NCBI GenBank assembly: GCA_002633005.1
Contig: NMRA01000448.1
Span: forward strand, 248,001 to 312,000
Source of the DNA: Phoronis australis
Lineage: Eukaryota > Animalia > Phoronida
DNA length: 64,000 bases
Direction of reading: 5' to 3'
Positions 39,863 to 52,829 of this stretch are shown here, piece after piece. The position numbers were made by a program, and so were the translations under genes. The notes under the pieces are model-generated. The model did no database searches. It saw only the letters and a list, made by a program, of their open reading frames with translations, and was not told where the DNA came from. Within the stretch, counting starts at the first letter, position 1. Each line of letters begins with the position of its first letter.

Positions 39863-40968
39863 CCGAGTGTTGTCATGGTAACGATCGTATACCAAAAGGC
39901 CGCAGGAATGCTTACAAACTTAGTGTTTTCAACATTCTTCTCGGCGTAGAACATGATGGTGGCGAAGATTATAATAGCCATTGTTAGAGAGAACAGCAAG
40001 AACCCCAGTTCGCTAGCACAACTCTTGAGCGTGTATCCTAGAATGCGCAGCCCTTGTGAGTGACGTGAGAATTTAAAGATACGGAAAACACGGAATACCC
40101 TCAGCGTGACGAATGCGCCGCTAACGTCGTCATTTTCGGGCATAACCAACCCTATGTAATAGGGTAGGATGGCCACCAGGTCTATAATACTCATCACAGA
40201 GCGCATGAATTTACAGCGGTCCGGTGCGGCAAACAGTCTTAGACAGTATTCTACAGTAAAAATCATAACACATGCCGTGTCAACACAGAAAAATATCTCA
40301 TAGTACTGATCGCCACACGGTGGGTTGGCATTTGTACCTTCAATCACCCCGCACGGCACTGTTTCTGATACATTCGTGAGTACGGAAACCGCAATGAAGA
40401 ACCCTGTGACATAATAAAAAACTAATGCTGTCGTGCTACTTTGTGGGTCTTCAAAAGCCTGCCACAGTTTTTGTCTAATGGTTTGAGGCCCTGCACTTGC
40501 GTTTTCTTCTGACGTTCCATCGTCCATGAGCCTTTCACTGTTTTCTCGTTTTCTGTCTCTGTAATCCTCATAACAACAGTCACCGATAATATCTGGCATA
40601 ACACCGTAGAAAGCAAGCTCGTCGTCATACGACGCAACGCATTCATGCTTTGGATAATGTAACTTTCCAGTTCTATAGTAATTTAGAATGTGCCTGAATA
40701 TGTCAGGATCTCGGTCAAAGAAGTATTCCTTGTTCTCATCATCAAAGAAGAATTCCTTTTCTGTTGAGCCCAAAAGCGTGTCCGGGTATTTTTCCAGTGT
40801 ATTTCTCCACACTTCAAACCGCCTTCCACTCACATTCAGGACCAGCCTTTCATCAGACCGGTGACTGTCATGGGTGACGGGCGGTGGCGGCATGGGATTG
40901 TGGGAAACGGGTACCCATCCTATCGCAGTCGCCCGTGCAATTGGAAGCCAAGCTGCTACTGATGCCAT
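39863..40968 (-). CDS. KCND: Kv4/Shal voltage-gated potassium channel, first coding exon (N-terminus, T1 domain, S1-S5, pore helix up to TMTTLG); gene partial in this window
   Basis: The translation begins with the Kv4-type N-terminus [20 protein letters not shown]. It contains T1 (LNVSGRRFE...[22 protein letters not shown]) with the Zn motif HYPKHEC...IIGDCC, S4 [17 protein letters not shown] and pore [12 protein letters not shown]. Kv4 similarity stops exactly at CTCGG|GTATGT (donor 39862-39857, phase 2), where the GYGD filter should continue. An acceptor TCTTTGTTTTCTGCAG lies just upstream (exon starts 40977), with an in-frame TAA before the ATG. Confidence 0.97.
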
Positions 40969-41297
40969 TCTTTAAATCTGCAGAAAACAAAGAGTAACTA
41001 CTTAGAACTAACATGACAATTCCTCCTACAAGACACTCGTTTATAGAAACAGCTATACATCCGCCAGAAACTTATTATTGATTTACACTGTTTGCCCCCT
41101 ACAATACTGATTTCAACTTCTTCCTCACTCAGATGAGACATGGTTTCTTGGCTCAGAAAGAACTGACAGTTCGTCACTGCCTTAGATTTGCTTGGAGCAC
41201 AAAACAATCCTGTGACAAGTGAAACTATAGCCAAACATCAGTTCCACCCAAACCCAGAAATCAACTCTAATCTGAGTGAGGAACAATTTGAGACCAG

Positions 41298-41688
41298 GGC
41301 CCGGTCTCTAATCTTTGTAGTCAAAACGAACTCGAAACTCTTTTTTGGCAATTTCTCTGCTCCTTTTGTGTGAACTTAAGATAATTGGTTATCAGACTGT
41401 GCTCGAATACATTATAGTTTACGCATAGGAGTTTCTAGTTCAAATTTGCCCTTGAAGACCCTTATATTCGTGTTACAAACTCGAGTAAAAACTCGAAATT
41501 TCGAGTTCAAACTCCAACTTATTGCTTTAATATTGGGTGAACTAAGGGCAACAAATTATCTACGTAAGTTATTGTGTACTATAACATAGAATAAAAGACA
41601 CTTATCTTGAATTCGCTCAAAAGTAGAGTAGAAAATGCCAAACCTAATTTCGAGTTCCATTTCGAGTAAAAAGATTGGAGACCGGGCC
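41298..41688. mobile_element. PIF/Harbinger-type MITE (391 bp), CAG target-site duplication
   Basis: TIRs GGCCCGGTCTCTAATCTTT / AAAGATTGGAGACCGGGCC with further internal inverted symmetry (AACTCGAAA / TTTCGAGTT). A 3-bp CAG flanks both sides (41295-41297, 41689-41691). Confidence 0.88.
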
Positions 41689-42299
41689 CAGTATTATAAT
41701 GATTAGTGGTCTAACTCAAAGTTTAACTTTTGACAGAAAGCAGTTTATAGAAATAGCATTCACACACTCCAGACTGAAAATATCACCTGCTGCTGATTCC
41801 TAATTAAAGACCCATAGAGCAGTAATTAGGTCAAGACAAAATCACAAATTTCAAAGTGGAATAAATCAAGATAGCAGAGGTAAAACTTCCCCTTGAAATT
41901 ATCACTAAACTCCATGCAGTCCAAGAACACTAACTCGCCTGTAACAAAATAAAACGAAGCGTTCCACTACAAAACATGAACCAGAACAGATACTCCCCCT
42001 TGGTTGTAAAGCGAAATACATGTTGCGATCCACTGCGTTCATTATTCACTCAAGTCTCATTACACAAATCTGGGAAGAATAACTCTATAGCATTCACTTT
42101 AGCAACAAGAATCTTGGTGTCACAATAAATTTCAACACTCACTTCAGGATAAAAGTTTCTAAAAATTAGGTTCGATAGAGTAAACCTAAACAAGTTAGTA
42201 AAGAGCCTATGAATCAAAACAATAACTCCATGAATAAACAAAAACAGAAGAAGTACACAGCACTGCTGATAAAGTACAATAGTGTGCTGGCAAGTTAAT

Positions 42300-45200
42300 A
42301 CCGTGAAATACACAATATGTTCAAAATTAACACTAAAGACTAACAAATTTCCATTTCACCAAAAATCTAGTAGAAGAACGCGGAGTCCTACATTCGAAAC
42401 ATATTTGCAAGTGCCTCGGGCTATCTGGCTACACACGCAGCTAGCTGGCTTCGCACGTACAAACTCAGATCTGTTAGATTCTAATTGCACCATGACAAAC
42501 AATATGGACAAAGCTAGCTTTGCTAGTGACCGTGCAGGGGCGAATAATCGCAAGCATCGAATATTTCGACTATCGAAGACCCTTGTCGCTCTGACTGACG
42601 ATGGCTTGAACTCCGCACACTCCGTGTTGCCATCGTATGCAGACGATCACTGAACTGGATCCGTCGTCTGACTCGAATCGGAATCTTTAACTAGTTGCAA
42701 TAACATTGAACTTCCAGTGATAATCCGTAGGAATTCTTTCTACAAACCTTGCATATAGACAAAAGCCTACTTAAAGAGATTTTGCCACTTCTGCGACATT
42801 ACACATTAACGTAAACAGTCATGCTACGTATCGGTCACCGACTGCACTCGCAAGTACGTTCACTCTTTACGCCATGTTGAAAATCGAATTCACCAAAGCA
42901 TCTGTATCACCGACTATAGAAAGTTGGGAGAATTGAAAATGCGCTGAAATTCACAAAACGGTTAGCTCCCAAAGAATTTGTGATGCGCCAAGCGCTTCGA
43001 CGAGAAAGGTTAGAGTAACATCAAATTTCAATGCTTTCTGTTACAAGAAGTATTCTGTCCAAAGCTCTAAGCCAGAGTGAATGTGTATTTTAAAATACTT
43101 GCATCAATTCTCCTGTCTCATTGATAAACCTATATGCCACTATTGGTTTTTGCCTGAATATTAAAATGCCCACTTATTGTGTTTGAGTATTCTTTTTCAG
43201 CCTTCGTGATGCCCGAATTTGTTTGCTTTGTATTCAAAAGAGCCGGGTTAACTCCTAAGCTCGTGGTGGTTCCAAAAATGAAGATTGGAAAAGAACTGTA
43301 TCAAGAGCCTATTTTCGCCTGTCAGCATGCAAATACTCAACACGCTATTGATCGAAAATCTCGTCGTTTGAACAGTCTGAGCGCCTATGCCTCCGTCTAA
43401 ACGGTTTAGCCGCGAAGTTACTTTAAATCAAATAAGCCTATTGGAAAAGTATCGTATCATATTTGCATCTAACCAGTGAATTGACAGTAAAAATCGCTGA
43501 TAAAGCTTGTTTTACTGCTACGTCCCATTGTCAGATTTTTTTCAAAACTCCAGTTGCCAATCATTAGGCCTTTACTGCTGGCTTTCCACCCACTAAATCT
43601 AACCCTATAAACGTATATAGACTCGTTTTCATTACAGCGCTGTAGAAAAGATAATAGTTGGAGTTATTCCGAAACAGAACTTTGCACTTTTTGTCGCCAG
43701 TGACGTTTAACCGATTCCATGATGATACCTGTCAGTGGAAAGCCAGTATGTGCCAACTCAACGACTATACCTTTCGCCAGTGACAAATTCTCAGTATTAT
43801 TGTCTTCATAAAATAGCAAAACTAAATTTGACAGTATCAGTATACTGAGGTCAGAAACCTAAACTGGCAACAAACAACAGAAACATCAATATAAACAAGA
43901 TAGCAGAATTTACGACACTCTAAAAATGTCCCTTGAATGACCAAAAATGATTATAACGGTTTGGAAGGTTGGGGAGGGAGTGTTAGTCACCGGTTTAGAC
44001 GGTTACTGGGCTTTAGATATTAAAAGCACCTTACGCACATAAAGAATAAAATCACCGCCTGAAAGGCCGCCGACTTCAAGCAATTTAAAAATAAAAATCA
44101 TCATTCACATCATCCAGCGATCACCAAGTGGCTTGATGGTCAATGTAAAAATTTTCCCCGGTCGCCAGGTTGCCGACATCAACGTTAAAAAAGTCGTCTA
44201 GTCTACCTGATACATAACATTCAGTCACAGTTGCTCTCTGACGGAGGGAAAAATTCAGAAACAACACCTACAGGACTGGGAAAATGTGGCTCAGTTTGCG
44301 CTTAGCGGATTATCTATTCATTGGTGAAAATCAGGCGTGTTGGACGCATCTGTGGAAATAATCGCATTTCGATTCGCCGCTTGTGACGTAGATTCAATGA
44401 GAAACATACCCAATGATGCATACGCCAATCTATATCATGACGTAATGAATGTTGTGTGCACACAACAATAGCCGAAGGATACAGTTTTCACTTCCTTATT
44501 ATGTAAGACGAACAAGGGTCTGTTTTCCAGGCCTGGGGAAACCATGAATTTAACATCTTGTTATCATCGCATGCTTAATTAATAATAGTACACTGTTTTC
44601 CAAGATCTTATCCGTGATGAGTTGCATTCGACAAATTAGTGAAAGTATTCGCGATAGATTAGCTATTTAAATTTTCTACAACAGACCCACTATTCAAAAA
44701 TGTGCGAGGTAATTTCAAAAATAAGCATTGCATCCAATGAATAAACCTTTTGAAATTGGGACTGGTTTGCAGTTAAATGGAAGAGTTTCTATTTTATGTT
44801 CCGTCATTCTTGCTTTTCTTAGTACTAGGGTGCATGCATTTCAGTAGAGAGAGGGCATCCCATAAAAAATCGCCCCAGACATCACCAAACCTCTGCACGT
44901 TACTGACCCCCCCCCCCCCCAATTTTCTAATAGTTACTGTAGTTCGGACGGAGCCGTCTCCAACTAGGATTTGATATCTCTTGACATGAATATAAGACAC
45001 AGCAGGATGTTTTACGAGTTATCTTCAAGCGGGAAAGACCCAAAGTTTTTTTAAACGTGACTTTTAAAGCTTGGAAGCTATGGCACTTCGGTGACCGCAG
45101 CAAAATATGATATTCGTGCAAAACTACAATCTTTTTTTTTAACGAATGACGTCACTTTGGGAATACTAGACTGGTTCGAAATGTCAAGAGTGCCGTTATT

Positions 45201-48200
45201 CGTTATATGCGATGATGGATGAAACGTGTTTGATATTGCTTAAGTACTCTTTCTATAACCACAGCGCAGTGTTAGTGTTCTTGTGCAATGCATTTCATCA
45301 ATACCGTAACACACCCGCGAGAAACAAAACTAAAGGTAGACAGTTGTACTTTATGCACAGCACCAGCTTATTGTAGGGACGAAAACTGTGTGATTTGTGA
45401 TCCATCATGTTTTATGACCTCAGTATTTATACATAAATGCCATAGGTAACAAAGTGGAAAGCGAAGCAGATCCGTAGCAGTTTTGCCTGTGTCTGCAATA
45501 GTTTGCTCCCTGACAATCACATGGGAGTTTTTGATAAGAAGGAGTGCGTTTACTATTAGTTATTCGCAATTGAAATTAACAGAATGTTATGATGGATTAG
45601 AGTTGTTCAGGAGGTTTTCTTTATATATTGATGAGCAAAACAGAAACAGGAGAATTAGAAATCAGGTTTATTTCTAGACGGTTCTCACATCCTTTTGAAG
45701 AGCACAAACTGCTTTAAAGCAATTCTCGACACCCGGTGACGTTGTAAACAAATAGATGCTGGAATGCCGTGCAGTTACTGACGGATAAAAATATAAATTA
45801 GTAAATCTAGTAAAACTAAAACGGCGAGCGTCGGTACTAAAATTTATTAAAATATCTCCCACGTTTCGAGCGATGCGCTCAAGTGTGTGCATCGTAAGTA
45901 CGTAGCGCTGGACCTGATGCAAATAAACCGTCACAGTTCAGTCTGAAGTTACCGTCCACCGTTCACTTATGTGTAACCCACTTCATCTCAAAATACTTAA
46001 GACATCAACAGGGCAGGCCACAGATCAAGATTCTTGAGAGGCAATCTCACCTTATTTCTTTTCTCTCACGAGTGCATAAATATCCAGCTGAACATTCCAA
46101 TCAGGAATTATGTTCCTTGTGTACTTACCTGAATAACTAAAGGTCTTTAGCTTACCAAACCGCTCACCGACGATATTCTATTTCATGGGACGGGGTGGCA
46201 GAGTCAATGCAGAATCAACCACGCCCGTGGAATACGTTGACTTGGATAAGTTCTTCTGAAACTCAATTCTAAGTAAGCTAAGTCTAGTGAAATTCTTCTC
46301 GGATCTTCAGAGCGCTACTTGGAGCTAGGCTCAAAAGGCGCAAGGAAATAAATTCTCAAACGTTTTCCAAGTATTATCCTAAGGCTGTTAAAGCTTCAAG
46401 TCAAATACCACTGGGAACGTGGAATTGATCATATTCTTATGTAAACACGAATTTTACATTGTCTAATATGAATTTACAAAACCTCTTTTGACTCTTTGTC
46501 CTTGAAAGCATTGCCTTTGCAAATCTATTTTTGAATTGACGTGAAAGATTTCTGAGGCAGTAAACAATCTGTATTGAGCTGAAAATAATACACGGTTCTA
46601 CAGATCAAATGACTCCCTGGGCGAGTTAGGGGTTACATCAATACCCGTAGTCCGCTCCTTCTCAGTCCTGTTGCCACTGTATCAAATGCTTCACACAGAT
46701 CCCAAAACGAGCCGCGCGAAAATACGGTCCTGGGGGCCATGGCATAGTTTGACGAACTAAAACAATGGGGACAGAGTCGATCTTGCATCATGTCTGAATT
46801 CTCACTGAATGTTACATTCAGCTCAAGTATTTATAGACACAACATAAAACGTGTCAAGTGTTAAACGACAGAGTAGTTTGGACAACAATTAACACTTTTG
46901 GAAAAATAGGTTGTGAAATAAAATAAACTCTTGTGTCGACACTGGTCAAACTTCGCTTGGTAAATGACGGGTGTTATTTGAACAAATAGATTACGTAACA
47001 GCAAACGAATTTCACAGATGGTCGAGATAATACTGAAGTGGATGACAAGTAAACAAATTTGTCCTCATTTATAGCAGAACTGTTAATAATCTCGACGGTA
47101 ACAAACACCATTAGTCTAAAAGCACATCAAATTCGGATTCTTGGATTGTCCTGGTTAACTGACCTGGTTATTAGTTAAGTGTGAACATATTGATGGTACT
47201 TTTAATATTTCAAACCAATTAAGCTTCGACTCGAGCGGGTTTTCAAAATACTGTCGAAATTGTCAAGAGGGCCGCAGCGCTACCGACAGAGTCATACAAA
47301 AATTGGTAGGTGCCACACGACAAATGATTTGCCCGTGTTCCGTCAGAGTATCTAGCTTTTTTCGTAATTGACTAACTATTAAGGTGGGAAGTGAGCTATG
47401 GGCATGAAAAGCGCTCAGAAAGTGTTCTTACTCGAGACCGGCTCAGCGTATAAAATCTGACCAAATGATCTCAACCTACGAAATGCGAGACAGCTCTTCC
47501 CAAGCCCAGAAATCGCATCTAACTTCTCAAAGTACTTAATCTTAGAAGACGCTGAGTGACCTGTGACGGAAGGTAGGATTATAACTGCATACACTACGAA
47601 CAGTTCTTCAACTAATCAGCTAAATGTCACACATTCCTTCGATTCTCGGCGTTTGGTGGATAGGCAGGACATACAAAATGAATTAAATCACAACCAGGCG
47701 GTGCGCTGTGCAAATTCGACACTGGACCCCAAAAACTGCCTCTAGAAGGAGTAGCGCACATGCAGTGCGGATTCAGTGCCCACACAAACCAGCAGCATCA
47801 GATTTCCTGCCATGTAGAACTTGATACAATGTTGAGCAAAAATGGTGGTCCCATTTGAAGACAAAACCTGCATTGACTAGAGGCGGCGTCTAGAAAAATT
47901 GCAGCGTCAAGGCGCGATCGTGGCGACCCAAAGAGTCCTTGATAGCTTGTAGGGCCCCGAGAAAACCCAGTAGAGCACTGCTCTCTCACATCTTCAAAAT
48001 TTCATGAATATCCACAGCGCAAAACATATATGCAGCAAAAAAATCCATCAGGCACAATACCTGCTGAAAGGATTATTCTAAAACCCCCTCGAACCCCACA
48101 CCCCCCACGACCTGTGAAACTAGAAGTATTTTTGCGCTTTTTACATATTTCATAATCTTATTACGTCACTGAGCGACTCTCCTTGAAGACTTCACTGTCG

Positions 48201-49060
48201 TCACGTGGTCGAACATAGAGGTCTACGATCACTGGCCTCACAGACTTTTGTGAAAATAAAAGCAAAAGAAAACCACGTTCGTGTAAAAAAATTAAAACTT
48301 TTCTGAAAAAGCTCCGAACAACTGTTGAAGTGTTGTCTGAGATAAAATCAGTGTAATTCTCAGTTGAACGTAGGGCATTTCATCATAATTCATGCTTCAC
48401 TGACGCCGATTTTGTTTATTGTAATTACTCAGTGTCAGGTATCGGCGACTGTCGTTAGAGACGTTTAATGTTTTTTACCTCGTTTCAAAAATAACCTAAA
48501 AATTATCTTGCATGGTCGGCGCACCAGAGGGGGCTGGGGGCCGCTATAGCACCCCGCACTTATTTCAGTGTTATTGCACAGTCCATGTCTTGAAGTAATA
48601 AATTTGAATTTTGAGTTTTGTTGCATGAGATATAGTTCAACAGTGGACGATCTCATTTATGTACTCTCTGGATCCGCACAGCAGTGCAGACAGGGCGCGT
48701 GGCAGCTCGCGTGCGCGGCAGTGCCAACTTTCCAGGCCAGCTGTAGTCCCGCTCTGATCCGCTAAACTGAAAAATAGTAAGCGATTCCTATCGCCAGTGC
48801 TGTAGTGGAGCGTACGCGCACGTAGGCGCAGCCAACCACCTTGTGGCATTTGAACGTAGCGCCTACGCACCGTAAGCTACGTTCAGTGCTCAAGGTGATC
48901 CGGAAGGCTTCGGGCGCCTACTTACCTCTAATTTTACCACTACAGCACTGTTGTCCTGCTATGGAACGAAAGGCGCATCGGTCTGTTTTCGGTGCTTCGG
49001 AGGTACATCTGCCGTTTTTCTCAGGTGTGTTGTTCCGCCTGGTTCGATTATATACGCCTT
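42300..49060 (-). promoter_or_regulatory. CpG-rich candidate promoter / non-coding 5' exon domain of KCND
   Basis: CpG density is visibly higher (e.g. 42380-43020, 45700-46330, 47200-49050) than in most of the intron. The coding exon has a splice acceptor 9 nt before the ATG, so an upstream non-coding exon is implied. Minus-strand donor candidates are CAG|GTAAGT (exon end 46129) and GAA|GTGAGT near 42140. A YY1-like AACATGGCG lies near 42870-42878. Confidence 0.5.
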
Positions 49061-49064
49061 GTTT

Positions 49065-49727
49065 ATGATGCTACTAGTCGCGCCGGTTTGTCAGCCGTAC
49101 AGACCCAGTGAAGCCGAAGGCGAGTCAATAACCTGACGGAGCCGAACCCCATGCGGCTTTGGGTAATGTAAGAGGTGGGTCCAGAGGGTTGTAGGTCGAG
49201 GGCGGGGGGAGGGTTAGAACAATCCCTGCTGTAGTAATCAAACCCCATTGCCTCGCGCTGTGGTTGTAAGGCGTAGAGGCGCGTCCCCAGGGTGGTGGAT
49301 GGGGGAAGCCCTTCTAGATGGGGTTGCACGGAATAATACGGAATAAGGTGCCGTGATCACCAACTCAACCTAGGAGAATGGAACACTCTGGTTCCAAACA
49401 CGGGTAGACAGAACTCGTTATAGCCTTCATAGGCAGTTTGTCTAGGAGAAGGAAAACTCTGATTTTAAAATAAATACGGGTAAACAGAACTCGTTAGCCT
49501 TGGCAGGCAATTTGTCTAAGAGAAAGAAAACTCTAACTCAAAACCAGGGGCAGAGGATGCTTTTAAGCAACGGACAGCAGATTCTCTACGAGAGGGAAAC
49601 TCAGATAAAAACCTACGCCGAAGTCGGATACACTGGGTCCCTGTGGCGGGTAACGGCAGCGCAACGCACATTCGTCATCATGATCATGGTAAAGATTTGA
49701 CTATTTGACGAACGAGAAGAAGAAGAA
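49065..49727 (+). mobile_element. RTE-related short non-autonomous retroelement (RTE 5'UTR-like motifs, no ORF, (GAA)n tail)
   Basis: GGCGCGTCCCCAGGGTGGTGGATGGGGGA...GAATAAG and the tandemly repeated GTCTAGGAGAAGGAAAACTCTGA resemble RTE-clade 5'UTR motifs as I recall them. The element ends in GAGAAGAAGAAGAA. The 5' boundary is approximate. Confidence 0.65.
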
Positions 49728-50019
49728 ACCCCATTGAAAAGTCAATGCCAGCCACGGTCGCCTTGAAAGAAACACACCGCCTCGACAATTTTATGGCAAT
49801 TTTTAAAAAGATTTAAAAGAAACAGCAACAAACACAGGCTCCCACCTGCCGAGATGGGGAGGACAACAGTATTCACCCATGTGAGTGCCTATGAATATGC
49901 ATCACAAGGCAAAGTGCTCTTGAAATTCTCCCACTACTGCAGGGCAAAGGGAATTCTAGGGCTATTAATTATTCCCACCAAATATATGAAATTAGACTGA
50001 TTTGGTAAAAGTTGGAAAT

Positions 50020-50752
50020 CGACTGGCGCTGGTAGATACCAGCCGACATACACCTCCCCTCTAATCTGTCAAGTCATTTTGACAACTCAAAGGATAAACA
50101 TTATTTTGTAAAAAAACGGCCAACAGAGGGTGCAACGGTAGTCTAATGTCTGATAATCAACTGTTGCTGGCGGTGCATTCCAACTATAATCCCTACTGAA
50201 GATTAATCAACAACTGTCCAACAGTTTGAAAATAATCAAGGGACAAACAACATCTGGTAAAAAACTAAAGTGGCCAACAGGTGGTGCTACAGAAGTTGCA
50301 TCCACTTGAAAATCAACTGATGCTCACACTCACCCATTACCTATCTTTATGTGAACTTATATCAAAATCTGGCATGCCATTTTGATGATAATTGATGTAC
50401 AACGAAAATCCTGCCAAAAACTTAAGGGCCAAAAAGAGGTGCTAATGCACTTAAATCTATGTGAAAATTGACTGGAGTTGGCGCATCCTTGCTATATATG
50501 TTCTCTCCGCGAAGTTCATCAAAATCTGTCAGATCACTTTGACAATAATTGACAGAAAAGCAACATCAAAAACTAAAACAGCCAATAGGGGTGCCACGAT
50601 AGTCGAATTTGGCCGCAAATCAACTGATGTTCACGAAGCACCCATGTGTTGAGTTTCAACAAAATCTGTCAAACCATTATGACTATAACCAGTGGACAAG
50701 AGAAATGGAATGCTATCTCTATACAACCACGATTTTTCATGGGCCCAAAAAT
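50020..50752 (+). mobile_element. Helentron/DINE-like element with four ~154 bp subunits
   Basis: GGCCAACAG.GG.TGC motif at ~50118, 50271, 50427 and 50580, each followed by AATCAACTG and AAAATCTG blocks; terminal hairpin near 50726-50743. Confidence 0.65.
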
Positions 50753-52829
50753 GACAAATCTTTATAATAAATACAATTTATGGAATTTTGCAAAGACCTA
50801 GAACAGTTCAGTGTTCACTCTGCAATAAGCACCAATGTTAAACTCGCAGTTAGAAAAGTTACAAATCACCAAAAATATACATGTTAAGTAATAACACTTG
50901 AAAAACCTATGTCTGGCTTCACTAGCTAAGTCTACAAACACCGCCCAAAGTTGTGAGACCAAACTGTCCAAACATTTATTACATAATCTACACTTCAATA
51001 CACAAAATAATAGTAAGATATTAACGAAATGGATCAATTTTCAGAAAATACCGACACCAAATTCTCAGACTAGAAACAATAAAATTCAATTTTTTACTAG
51101 GCTTACTTGACTAGACTCTCTGCAGTTTGTCAAGGTTCTGCGACACCTATTGGTGTGTTGATTTTGAGACAAATGGCAGAAAACTTTGAACAGTAACCAG
51201 TCTCGTGTATGTGGTAGGTTGAATCTCTTAGAAGTTTGAGAAAGTCTGTACTGGCCGACAAAACTTTGTTTCATATTCTCAAGCAAGGCCTGTAAAGAAT
51301 TATAATTTTCCTTATCATATTTCACCACAAGATTACTGATAATCTTGATCGATGTATCATCATGAAAACTTGTCCAAACAATTGGAAATATGACAATGGT
51401 ATCAATTGAGACACTAAATCAACTCTTTGAGACTGAAAACCTTGGTATGATAAAATCTGAGAGAAATGTGAGACATTGCCTCTTGCCAGCTTGCAAACAT
51501 CGGGTGACATCACTGATAACACAGCCACATGTAAACAATATGATCGAAAACAACACTTTTCAGTGAGCACACCATGCTTTTTTGTGCGAGTATGACCAAT
51601 CAAACAGAATTCAAAATAAAAGATTAAACGTAAGTCTCAAAATGCATCAGATTAGCAAATTTTTGGCGCGAAACATTTTGGTGGAACAGGTCATCCGATC
51701 AAATTGAAGTTAAATTTCACCACCAAAAACAAATGTTTTCTGTGAAGTCACTGAATGTTTACGAGTCAACAACTGTTCCACAACGCATTTCAAAAACAAC
51801 ATCAGCACCATACATAAAATCACCAAAAATTCAAAACCAATATTTTCTCATAACAGCTATCATAAAGTAATGGTACGTGGCAAATCATTCCGAAGAATTA
51901 ACTAAATTATCATAATTGCACCACAGCCATTTACTAATTACAGCACCACATGACCTGGTGAGATAACAGCAGGATGTCTCTTGGAAACGACAAACCAACA
52001 TGAGTGTGACACAAAACAACAAAGGAACAAGCTTCGCTACTTATGTACTGGAATACATGCATGTACATGTACAAGGTTAAATGACCACTCAGAATCATTC
52101 ACCGTTTAAATCTAAATAAATTACGGTAGATATTTCAATGGTCAGTAATACGTTCCGGTCAGGAATATTTATGATTTCCAAAAGCGCACTGTCTGCAGCG
52201 GTGAACATTAGTGATATCTAAACTGAACAATGTATATGAGCGTTAATCAAAGGTTTATGGATCAAAATGATCTTTTAAATTTATGAACACACTTGACATT
52301 TCCCGAAATGACAAAATCAACAAGCACACTTTGAACAAGTTTACGATTAAATTTTCAGTTCCATGCTGAAATACACAGACGTCAGCTAAAAAGTCTTAAC
52401 AAAATATTTGAATAATAATTAACTATTTAACAATTCACCTAAGAGCATGATTTTGTGTTACTTTGCAAGCAACTTAAATATGCTTCCCTAAAGACTTTAG
52501 TTTTCTCAAAATCACAATTTTCAATATCACTAGAACTAACAAGGCCTCCAACAGGTGGCAGCAATGTATAGACGCATAGCTACTACATGAGAAATGCCAC
52601 CTTCCTATAGTGCCAGTTAATCCCCCCTACCCCCGACTGTTACACATCTTGGTGGAAAGGACAAGAGTAAAGGTAAACTATGAGATTATTGTCAAGGAGT
52701 GACAATAATAGACTCTGCGTGTGTTTTACTGGAATTGGTACGGAGAGTTATTGACAACAACCCATTTACCAAGATAAAAAAAATTCTTTCAAACTTTAGG
52801 ACAAATTACATGTTGGTAATTTGATGACC

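Noticed and set aside
42282-42653. 123-aa plus-strand ORF
   Set aside because: It has no recognisable domain, starts at GTG, and is explained by locally higher GC in the putative promoter/UTR region.
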